Shown one piece after another: positions 28,124 to 36,774 of a stretch of 63,249 bases of DNA. The notes under the pieces were generated by a model that had not been told where the DNA came from, did no database searches, and worked only from the letters and a program-made list of their open reading frames with translations. The DNA is taken from assembly GCA_032128375.1 (NCBI GenBank), contig JAQBGU010000050.1:1-63249 (forward strand), read 5' to 3'. Every line of letters starts with the position of its first letter. Within the stretch, counting starts at the first letter, position 1. Origin of the DNA: Deltaproteobacteria bacterium (GTDB lineage: Bacteria > Myxococcota_A > UBA9160 > SMWR01). Made by a program: the position numbers and the translations under genes.

Positions 28124-28927
28124 CTACCGTCGACAATCCATGCAGTCGTGACACAAGTAGGTCGACAGCGCGCCCGTCTCAGTCATACCCGCATATGCCC
28201 TCTCGCTTCGATCGAGACGGTCTTCACAATCCGCGCAGACCTGCGGACGATTGAGAATCAACGGCTGCCAGCCCACGATCTCGCTGAACTCCGCCGGCGC
28301 CGGTGCTTCTGTCTGCGCAGGCGGCGCCGCTTTCGCGGGCGGAGCGGGTGGTTGGGGCCGCGACCTGCGATACCCGCGCGGACGGCCGATGTTGCGGAAA
28401 GAATCCGACCATCTGCCGCGCTCGGCGTCTTCGACGACGTTTTCGATCAAATCCCCGACGTTCTCGGTCACGGTCTCGACGACGGCAAAGGCCTCTTCGA
28501 GGACGTTGCGCACGATGTTGGAAACAGGCATTCGAAGCTCCTCTGCGATTCGACGGATATCCTCAGCCAACGGCTCAGAGATCCGAGTGTGAAGTACACG
28601 CTCCTTGCGCTCGCGCGACCTGCCGCTTCGGGACCGCCGGCGCGCGCGGTCAGAGTGCTCACGGTTTCGCTCGCGATCCTCTTCGGATCTGTCACGCGCT
28701 CGCTCGCGCTGCTCGTCGTCCTGGTCCCGCGCACGCTCGCGCTCGCTTTCCTCGCGCTCTCGCGAGAGATCCCGCGCCTCGTCCTCTCGCTCACGTGCAA
28801 GCTCCTGGTCTTCCTGCTCTCTTTGCCGGGCGAGCTCGCGATCCTCGTCGCGATCGCGGGCGCTCTGGTCGCCGTGTTGATTGGTTTCCGTCGGTTTCGG
28901 GGCGTTCGGAGCGTCGTGAGTTTCCAT
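28124..28927 (-). CDS. Hypothetical protein: R/E/D-rich 11-residue repeats, ribbon-helix-helix-like segment and CxxC..CxxC Zn site
   Basis: RVLHTRISEPLAEDIRRIAEELRMPVSNIVRNVLEEAF (RHH pattern) and CADC...CHDC. Confidence 0.7.
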   Translation of the reverse strand: METHDAPNAPKPTETNQHGDQSARDRDEDRELARQREQEDQELAREREDEARDLSREREESERERARDQDDEQRERARDRSEEDRERNREHSDRARRRSRSGRSRERKERVLHTRISEPLAEDIRRIAEELRMPVSNIVRNVLEEAFAVVETVTENVGDLIENVVEDAERGRWSDSFRNIGRPRGYRRSRPQPPAPPAKAAPPAQTEAPAPAEFSEIVGWQPLILNRPQVCADCEDRLDRSERAYAGMTETGALSTYLCHDCMDCRR

Positions 28928-28934
28928 GAATCAC

Positions 28935-28980
28935 ACTGTACTACAATGTAATACGAAGTCAACACATCGTGATACATTGT
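28935..28980 (-). promoter_or_regulatory. Sigma70-type leaderless promoter with an inverted-repeat operator around -35
   Basis: Minus strand TTGACT-N16-TACAGT-N7-ATG. Plus-strand arms ACAATGTA-AT-ACGA (28943-28956) and TCGT-GA-TACATTGT (28967-28980). Confidence 0.65.
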
Positions 28981-29037
28981 GACTGATTTTTTTAGAAAAG
29001 TCCGTGAGCACTGCCGGAGCGCGATTTTCACATCACA

Positions 29038-30546
29038 TCAGGCTCGAGTCATGAGATGTCGGGCGAGTCTGACCGCCAATGCCACGATCGTCCATGTCGG
29101 ATTGGCCCAACCGGAAGTGGGAAAAACCGAGCTTCCGGCGAGAAACAGGTTCGACACCCCGTGGACTTGGCAATTCGGATCGACGACTCCGCCGCGTGGA
29201 CTCGAGTTCATTCGGGTCGTTCCCATGTGATGGAAACCGGGCTGGATCCTCTCTGGTGGCCAACTCTCGTTGCTGCCCGTCTCCGTGTTGTCGCCCGATT
29301 GCCGCAACCACCGTTCGAGGCGAACCGCGCCAACACCTCGTTGCCCGAGCGACCTCGCGACCAAGACCGTCGAACGCTTGACACTTTCCCTGTCGATATC
29401 CGCCAGAACCCAGTCGAGCTTGACTCTCGGCATTCCCAAACGATCGATTTCCCCAGATAGTGTCACCCGGCTCGACGGGTTCGGAGATTGTTCGAAGCGC
29501 GCATAGATACCGTAGCGAATTGCGCGGCCATCCGGGGTTGGGCCGCGATCGGGTCGACCTTTGTGCAGACGGTGCCAAAACTCGACTACCGCACGGTCGA
29601 GAGGCTCTGCGAAATCCTGCTCGGGCCTCAACGCGAATGCTACTCCCAGTGTCTCGTTTTGTGCTTGGACGCTCGGCTGCAGCGCAAAGGCGGGCTTCAG
29701 CAACACCTTCCCGCGACGATCGGGGCGCAGATTGTGCATCAGATTCGGCACTCGGCTGGTGAGCCGCGCCGCGTAAGCCTCTGCATGATCCATATAGAAT
29801 CGGCCAACGAGGTCATGGGTATTTCCGATTCCATTGCGCTGAACATCCCGAGCAGACAACAGCAGTCGCGCATTTTCGATTCCACCGCACGCGATAACGT
29901 ATTCGCGCGCGCGCACGGAGAATCGCTGCTCTGCGAGCGTTCGCAGTGTCAAAGATGCCACCGATCGTCCCGACGAGTTCAGTTGAATGTGAACCACGTT
30001 TGCGTCGACGATGACTCGAACGCGGGAATGAGTAGCGATTCGGTCTCGGTACTCTTGAGCAAATCGGGCCGCGCGAATTCTCCAAACAACCTGGCGCAGG
30101 TCGTCGGTATCGAATAGCGCGTCCAACCCGACCGGTGGTTCGAATTCGTCGCGACCGAGCCCTAGCCAACCGCCCGCGTCCTCATAATGGGTTGTGAGGT
30201 CGTCGTGACTGATCGGCCAACCACTGTGTGGTAACCAGGCACGATTGGCGAAATCACCGGGCTCCAGACGCGCACACATTCCGTTCCAGTGTCCCGTCGT
30301 CCCGCCGAACTGTCGCAGCCGACTCGTGTGCAGGTAGTCGTCGCCGATCGGACCCGACGCGCGGCCTCTGTACAATTCTTGATGCGCTTCATCCGCATCA
30401 ATCAGGCCGCCCTCGACCAGCAGCACATCGACCCCGGAATCCGCCAGCGTGAGTGCCAGTGGAATTCCGGCAGCACCCGCACCCACGACACAAACTTCAG
30501 ACTCTAATTGCGAATCTGCGGCGATCTGAGACGCGTCAATCAGCAT
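29038..30546 (-). CDS. GMC family flavoprotein oxidoreductase
   Basis: VVGAGAAG, FGGTTGHWNG, GGIENARLLL, VGRFYMDH, HHMGTTRM and NPTWTI. Confidence 0.9.
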   Translation of the reverse strand: MLIDASQIAADSQLESEVCVVGAGAAGIPLALTLADSGVDVLLVEGGLIDADEAHQELYRGRASGPIGDDYLHTSRLRQFGGTTGHWNGMCARLEPGDFANRAWLPHSGWPISHDDLTTHYEDAGGWLGLGRDEFEPPVGLDALFDTDDLRQVVWRIRAARFAQEYRDRIATHSRVRVIVDANVVHIQLNSSGRSVASLTLRTLAEQRFSVRAREYVIACGGIENARLLLSARDVQRNGIGNTHDLVGRFYMDHAEAYAARLTSRVPNLMHNLRPDRRGKVLLKPAFALQPSVQAQNETLGVAFALRPEQDFAEPLDRAVVEFWHRLHKGRPDRGPTPDGRAIRYGIYARFEQSPNPSSRVTLSGEIDRLGMPRVKLDWVLADIDRESVKRSTVLVARSLGQRGVGAVRLERWLRQSGDNTETGSNESWPPERIQPGFHHMGTTRMNSSPRGGVVDPNCQVHGVSNLFLAGSSVFPTSGWANPTWTIVALAVRLARHLMTRA

Positions 30547-30931
30547 CGTCAGGGAGCGTACCGGGTGCCATGAGAAGTACCGTGAGTGCTGTCTCCGACA
30601 GCAGCCAGCCCTCGAACTCTACGACTCGACCCTCGCGATAGTCCAAAACACTGAGACCCCGCAAAACTTCGCAAGAATCGCCGACAACTCTGGCATCCAC
30701 CTCGATTGCGAGGGCGTTAGCGCGATCTTGCCCAGATTTCCAGCCGAGCTTGCGGCGTGCAGACTTGGCGGGAACCGCCAGAACATTCCAATCTCCGACG
30801 AGGGAATTCAGGCATTCGCGAAGCTCGCTCGTACCGCTGCGCGCGCGGCCGATGACCGCTGAAATCGGAAACAGCACGACGGCAACGAGACCGCGCAGGA
30901 ACGGACGCCTGGTGAGTTCGCGTTCGGGCAT
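30536..30931 (-). CDS. Small twin-arginine-signal protein coupled to the GMC oxidoreductase
   Basis: TRRPFL followed by a hydrophobic stretch; C-terminal DYREGRVVEFEGWLLSET; overlaps the GMC start. Confidence 0.6.
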   Translation of the reverse strand: MPERELTRRPFLRGLVAVVLFPISAVIGRARSGTSELRECLNSLVGDWNVLAVPAKSARRKLGWKSGQDRANALAIEVDARVVGDSCEVLRGLSVLDYREGRVVEFEGWLLSETALTVLLMAPGTLPDDAD

Positions 30932-31088
30932 TGAGGTACCTGAATCTCGCGTCGTGATCCCGAGGTCAAGCAATTTGGCCACCGATTTTTCCACCGGCGA
31001 TCACTAGCGTCGTTCCGTTGACATCAGAACAGACTACCGCGGCAATGGCTCTTGCGAGTCGATCGACCATCGGTCTACATCAAACGCC

Positions 31089-32549
31089 TCAATGAACGCA
31101 GCGATTCTGGTCTGCCGGCTGCACAGGACGGAAAAGCAGGAGCCGCTGCAACAGAGCCGAGTTGGATCGGCCCAAAATGGGGTCCCTTCCAGCGGCGTTC
31201 GTCGCGTAAATCCGTCCCCGATACTCATATCGTATTTTCATCGCGGGGTTCGCCTCCACACGGTTGCGTAGGTCGAACAGAACCAATCGAACCTCGGTTC
31301 CAGCGATTCGACTGAGAGTTGGATCGTCCGTGTTCAATACTCGAATCAGATCGTCCTGAAAGTGGAATAGACGCATCGAGCGGGGGAACACGTAGTGGTT
31401 CCAGAGTTCGCCTTCCGTTTGCACGTTGCTGAACATGGTGAACGAATGCTCGGTTTTCAAGCCGATAAAGGGCATGAGCCCATTTGCGACAAGGACGGCT
31501 GCTGGGAACCACGTGCGCCAGCTCCTCGAATTCGACACGGCAACCGAACGCATTTTCAGACCATCGAGCACGGAATGCCGATCTCCCGACCCGTTTGCGA
31601 TGAAGCTGGCGGCCGCGACGCCTCCGATCGCGACCCATATGAACACGAAGATGATTCTTCCGATGAAGTTTGCCCGCAGGTGGAGTTCAACCGGACCGGT
31701 GCCAGTCCACGGGCCGATCGCAGCGAGAACGAGGAGTCCCAACATCGCGAGAGCTACCGTGCCGCGCCAACGGGCCATCCGGCGGAGGGCGGCAAGCGTG
31801 GTTCCGAACCAGACCCAACGCCGCTGGGTGCGATCCCAGCCTTCGAACCATGCGTCGGGAACGAACATGACATAGAAGGCTATCGCGACCATCGAGAAAT
31901 CGTAGAACGCGTTCCATCCACACGAGATGAAAACCCCAACCAAGAACGAGTGTCACCAACCGGCTGCGCGTAAACACCAGGCCGACCGCCAGCGCGGCTT
32001 CGATCACCAGCGTTCCCACTGTTGCCGATAGCGCGGTCCATTCGGCCCGGGGCAAGAACTTGAATTCTGTCGCGAGCCAATCGTACTGCTCCACCGCACA
32101 ACCAAAAACCGGATCGAAGAATCCAGCGTTGACTTTGGCGAGAGCGGCGAATCCGTAGGTGATGATGAGTAGGACACGAATCATCGAAGCCGCGCCCGTG
32201 ACGGAGCCCGCGATTCCACCCGAATTGCGGCGGACCACGCTGGCCCGATCCAAAGAATCAACCCTAGATTGGCTGCCCCCATGAGCAACCAGTGGTTCGG
32301 CACAACCGGCATTTCGATCGCCAGGATGAGTAATTGTGTCGCGGCGAGCACCAACAATCCGTGCCGCGACGACGGGCGCAGCAACACGAACAGCGTGACG
32401 AAATCGAGTGACGACGGCCAATCGAGGTTTACCAGGCGGCCCTGATAGTTCTGATGATTGAGCGTCGCAAGGGCCCAAAAGAACGAAAATGCAATGATGC
32501 GACGTTCGTAGACTACGTCCCGATCCGGCATTGGGGGTGTGAGCGGCAT
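31089..32549 (-). pseudogene. HTTM-like membrane protein split by two frameshifts
   Basis: Three consecutive frames: ..VPNHWLL.., ..YGFAALAKVNAGFFDP..GCA..IE..GFH.., and ..FYDFS..GLKTEHSFTMFSN..NH..FRPV..CVH. Shifts near 32240 and 31920. Confidence 0.65.
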
Positions 32550-32740
32550 GACCGGATCAGCATAGAGTCCCCACCCGCCCAGGCCAACGTCTGACACGAA
32601 CGCGATCCCATCGATCGAGATCACGATGACCAATCGAAGTGATCACGTTGGCCGAAATGCGCATTAGCGCGTGAGCGATTCAGCCCCGGTCGGTCGATTC
32701 TTCACACGAAGTTCCCCTACCGCGGAGTACCCGCTTCGGG

Positions 32741-33688
32741 CTACAGGTAGGTGAGGTAGCGCAGGTAGTTCGGCTCGCGTCCCGCGACGACGTCGAAGAA
32801 GGCTCTCTGGAGTTTTTCTGTGATGGGTCCGCGTTTGCCATTGCCGATCTGGCGGCGATCGACCTCACGCACTGGGGTGACCTCGGCGGCGGTGCCGGTC
32901 AGGAAGATCTCGTCTGCGATATACAGATCATCTCGAGTGATGAGGCGCTCCTCGACTGAAATTTTGCGATCCCTCGCCAGTTCGCAGATGGCTGCTCGGG
33001 TAAGACCGTCGAGGACGCTGTGAAGCGGGGGCGTCCTGAGCACACCATCACGTACCACGAAGATATTCTCTCCGCTCGCCTCGGAGACCAGACCCTGGGT
33101 ATCGAGCATGATCGCTTCGTCGAAGCCGTCGAGTAGCGCCTCGCGTTTTGCCAGGATCGAATTCACATAGTCACCACAGGTCTTGCCCTTGGTCATTTTC
33201 GCATTGACGTGATGACGGCTGAACGTGGAAACCTTGGCTCGGATACCGTTCTCGATTCCGTCCTCTCCGAGGTACTTCCCCCAAGCCCACGCGATCACCG
33301 CAACACGGATCTTGTTGGAACCCGGGTTCAAGCCCATAGCGCCATCGCCGATAAAGACGATCGGCCGAATGTAGCCTTCGTCGAGATTGTTGCGTCGCAA
33401 CGCCTCGAGCGAAGCCCGCTCGATTTCATCGGGACGAAACGGAATCTCGAGAAGGTTGATGCGTGCCGAGTCGAACAGACGTCGAATGTGATCGGCCAGC
33501 CGGAAGACGGCCGATCGGCCGTCCTGTGTCCGATAACATCGGATCCCTTCGAATACACCGAGTCCATAGTGGAGTGTGTGAGTCAGGATATGAACGTTGG
33601 CGGCCGACCAGTCTACAAACTTCCCATCGAGCCAGATCTGCTCGCCCGTCACGCCGACAACCGGGGCTTGATCGCTTTCGTCGCTCAT
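32741..33688 (-). CDS. ilvE: Branched-chain amino acid aminotransferase
   Basis: THTLHYGLGVFEGIR, YIRP, K..GDYVNS, EASGENIF and GTAAEVTP. Confidence 0.95.
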   Translation of the reverse strand: MSDESDQAPVVGVTGEQIWLDGKFVDWSAANVHILTHTLHYGLGVFEGIRCYRTQDGRSAVFRLADHIRRLFDSARINLLEIPFRPDEIERASLEALRRNNLDEGYIRPIVFIGDGAMGLNPGSNKIRVAVIAWAWGKYLGEDGIENGIRAKVSTFSRHHVNAKMTKGKTCGDYVNSILAKREALLDGFDEAIMLDTQGLVSEASGENIFVVRDGVLRTPPLHSVLDGLTRAAICELARDRKISVEERLITRDDLYIADEIFLTGTAAEVTPVREVDRRQIGNGKRGPITEKLQRAFFDVVAGREPNYLRYLTYL

Positions 33689-33733
33689 GGGTCCTCATGG
33701 GCTGTGTTTCGCGGCAGCCTGTCTGTCGCCGGC

Positions 33734-35638
33734 TCACCGACGAAGTAGACGTCTGATGAGACCCTTGTTCTTGCCACGCCTCATGCTGATGAGACGGAGT
33801 TCGCGCAGCGCCTCGACCGACTGCGGTTGAATCTGCACCGCACGCGCGAACATCTTCTCGGCAGTCCTGGGGCGACCGATCGCCTTGTATAGACGACCCA
33901 GGAAGAGGTAGGACTTCTCGCGGTGCCCCGCCAGCTTGATCCCCCGCAGAACATGCTCCATGGCTTCTTGGATCATCGCAGGATCTCCTGGATGACACAT
34001 ATGCAGCGCCCATCCGTAGTGGGCGTGGTAATCCCCCTCAGCCGGGTACAACTCCAGAGCCTTGCCGAAGCTTGCCAACGCCTTCTCGTAGGCCCGTTTC
34101 GCCAACAAGTCCTCGCCGAGCTGGAACTCCTTCTCGGCCTCCAGGGCGCGTTCGCCTACCAGCTGAATCTCGGCGTTTCGCTCATCGCGACGCACGTTCA
34201 AGATGTACTCGCTGCGACGCCGCGGATCAGAGAGCGTTTGGTAGGCCTGGGTAATGTGCTCGAAGACGCGTTCGGCCATCTGCTGCACGGCGCGACTCGA
34301 CTGGTTGTACTGGTCTGGGTGCATCTTGGCAGCGAGCCGTTCATATGCCGAGCGGGTGTCGTCGGCGGACGCATTGACATCGATACCGAGGATCTCGAAA
34401 TGGGTCTGGCTGCTGGTCTGTTCGGCGACCAGCGTCAACCGAGCGCGACGTTCATCGTCTGCAGTTGGCGGAGATGGTGGACCCACGCGGCGCGGCGTAG
34501 TTTGCCCAGACGGAACCTCAGCCGTTCGCAGTTCCAGTAAGCCGACAGTGATCAGCGCAAACAGCGTCCGTTTGAGGCGCTCGTCCGCAGCGAGGAATCT
34601 GGAAAGACGCACCATTCCACCGAGTCCGCTCAGCAACTCCTCGTGCTCGGCGTCGAGATCGATCTCCTGGAACTGATAGAAGGGGCTTTGACCGGGAGCG
34701 ACGAAACAGTCGGCGTGGGACCGCAGGTACGATTCGACGCGAGCGAGCGAGAATCGCCCGCACACGCCCCGCAGGATCAGATTCGCGGGGCTCCCCACAA
34801 CTCCCAGCGAGTTACTGCGATGCAGTTCGGCGCCCATCTCGAATCGATAGCTGCCAGTTTCCCAAGCGAAGACCTCCAGCAATTTCTCGTCGGCCTGCCC
34901 CAACAGCGAATCGGTCATTTCCTGCTCGGAGAGTATTTCCATCGCCACCAGGATCTCGCCCTGGAGTCTCCCCTCTCGCATCCGGCGTCGCGATTCCGCC
35001 ATCACCGCCTGGCTGATCTTCCCGCTGCGTACCAGGAAGTTGCCAAGGCATTCGTTGACCAGGTTCGAACGGATCGACAGCGGGTAACCGTCGCGAAGCT
35101 CGATCCACTTGCGCTTGCGAGCGCTGATTAGGTGCAGCACTCCCGTCGCGCGTAAACCGTGCAGATGATGCAGCAGTTCGGGGATCGACATCTGTTCGAG
35201 CGTTCCCGACAGCGCTCGGCTCACCGTGCCCCTCACTTGCAGGTCCGAACGAGCGACCTGCTTCACTTCGCCCATGCAGCGCGAGACCACAACAAGCAGC
35301 TCGGCGAGGGGAATCGGCTTGATCAACACCTCCAACACGCCCAAGTCGATCGATCGATCTCGAGAATGCGGTGTCTGAGAGCAGCCCGACAGGATTACCG
35401 CTTTGGTGTCGGCGACCGGCCCGTGCATGGCTCTGATCGATTCGAGAACCGCAAACCCATCGCGACGCGGCAGGATCAGGTCGACCATGACGAGGTCTGG
35501 CTCGTGCTCGGCAACCATCTTGACGGCTTGGTCGCCATCGGTCGCGGTCCAGACCGTGTACCCCTGCCCGCTCAGCGCAGACGCGAGGATATCAATCAGG
35601 CTACGGTCGCTATCGACGCACAGGATCGTTCCGGCCAA
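33734..35638 (-). CDS. Response regulator receiver / DUF4388 / DnaJ / TPR multidomain protein
   Basis: REC (VDSD, DLILP..DG, KP), GTLEQMSIPELL..TGVL (DUF4388-like), J domain (HFEILG..MHPDQ) and TPRs. TTG 35638 follows SD GGAGG. Confidence 0.8.
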   Translation of the reverse strand: MAGTILCVDSDRSLIDILASALSGQGYTVWTATDGDQAVKMVAEHEPDLVMVDLILPRRDGFAVLESIRAMHGPVADTKAVILSGCSQTPHSRDRSIDLGVLEVLIKPIPLAELLVVVSRCMGEVKQVARSDLQVRGTVSRALSGTLEQMSIPELLHHLHGLRATGVLHLISARKRKWIELRDGYPLSIRSNLVNECLGNFLVRSGKISQAVMAESRRRMREGRLQGEILVAMEILSEQEMTDSLLGQADEKLLEVFAWETGSYRFEMGAELHRSNSLGVVGSPANLILRGVCGRFSLARVESYLRSHADCFVAPGQSPFYQFQEIDLDAEHEELLSGLGGMVRLSRFLAADERLKRTLFALITVGLLELRTAEVPSGQTTPRRVGPPSPPTADDERRARLTLVAEQTSSQTHFEILGIDVNASADDTRSAYERLAAKMHPDQYNQSSRAVQQMAERVFEHITQAYQTLSDPRRRSEYILNVRRDERNAEIQLVGERALEAEKEFQLGEDLLAKRAYEKALASFGKALELYPAEGDYHAHYGWALHMCHPGDPAMIQEAMEHVLRGIKLAGHREKSYLFLGRLYKAIGRPRTAEKMFARAVQIQPQSVEALRELRLISMRRGKNKGLIRRLLRR

Positions 35639-35657
35639 TCTGACCCTCCAATCCAAA

Positions 35658-35685
35658 TGATCGGACGAGTCGGCTATATCCTTGA
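35658..35685 (-). promoter_or_regulatory. Sigma28-like promoter
   Basis: Minus strand TCAAG-N15-TCCGATCA, directly upstream of the SD and start of the REC-DnaJ-TPR gene. Confidence 0.55.
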
Positions 35686-35739
35686 AGTGTTTTCACCACA
35701 CCCGGCGTCGTATGGCTGCAGTCCGCACTCTGGCAGCAG

Positions 35740-36771
35740 CTAGACGCGGCCCTCGAAATCATCCATTTCGAACTTCCAAGCATCGATCGCCAGGGTGCCC
35801 TCCGCGTCGGACGTCACCCGACCTCGAACCAGCCCCCGGGTACCGGGAGGCTTGGTAAAGAAATCACCAAACTGCAACTCAGCGGCAGTTGCGTCAACTT
35901 CCAGCTGGCCCTGCGGCGGGCGCATCTCACGGTCGATCTCGCCGGTGATCTTGAGCGGCCCTCGCAGATCGATCTGTCCGAGCGTCAGGCGGCCTTCGCT
36001 GAGATCGAGGTCGCATGCGACGTGAGGACCGAGCGCGGTGATCGTCCCCGTCAACGCGCCATCGACCTCCGCTCCGGATGAGAAGTACGACCTGCCGGCC
36101 GCGATCAGAACCGCATCCAACCGGATTCTCGCATCAACCTCGCCGGTTGCCGTCACTTCGCCTTCCGCCACGACGTGGCCGCCGGTCGCGATTTCGCCGG
36201 AGATCGCGAAGCGCGGTCGGAGTTCGAAAACATCCATGTGCAACTGCAGCGCCGAATTTCGAAGTTCCCATCGAATCGGCGGCGAAACGGTGCGGTCATC
36301 GAAAGCCAGCAGAGCGTCCGGAATCGTCAGTGAGCGGATCGCGAAGCGCATCACCGCGCGATTTCGCAGCGCGACGCTCGATTCGCTGTTTTCCGGCTCT
36401 GACGCCCACCGCACTCCCTCAGCTGACCGCACGACTTGAAGACGCGCTCCCTCGATTGCGGCCGAATCGACCAGCACAATCCGCGCCAGCATCGGAACCA
36501 ACGAAACCCTCAGGACCGCGCGATCGGCCCGAGCAAAAGCGTCAACGCCGCCGAGTGTCGGAGAGTCCAGGATGATTCTCGGCGGGAAATATTCGAGGTC
36601 GAAGTTCGAATAGTGCAACTCCCGCCCCAGAGCGGCACTGACCGAATCGCGGAACGCTTCTTCACCAATGAGCCAGGGAAACGCGACCCCTAGAAGCAGC
36701 GCGAATCCGACTGCTGCGCAGAATATCGCCGCGAGTGTCCACTTGGCTACCGAACGCGCAGCGAAGCGCAC
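35740..36771 (-). CDS. AsmA-like protein
   Basis: N-terminal TM helix, S.ALGREL, LRVSLVPML, and a beta-rich remainder. Confidence 0.6.
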   Translation of the reverse strand: MRFAARSVAKWTLAAIFCAAVGFALLLGVAFPWLIGEEAFRDSVSAALGRELHYSNFDLEYFPPRIILDSPTLGGVDAFARADRAVLRVSLVPMLARIVLVDSAAIEGARLQVVRSAEGVRWASEPENSESSVALRNRAVMRFAIRSLTIPDALLAFDDRTVSPPIRWELRNSALQLHMDVFELRPRFAISGEIATGGHVVAEGEVTATGEVDARIRLDAVLIAAGRSYFSSGAEVDGALTGTITALGPHVACDLDLSEGRLTLGQIDLRGPLKITGEIDREMRPPQGQLEVDATAAELQFGDFFTKPPGTRGLVRGRVTSDAEGTLAIDAWKFEMDDFEGRV

Positions 36772-36774
36772 CGC

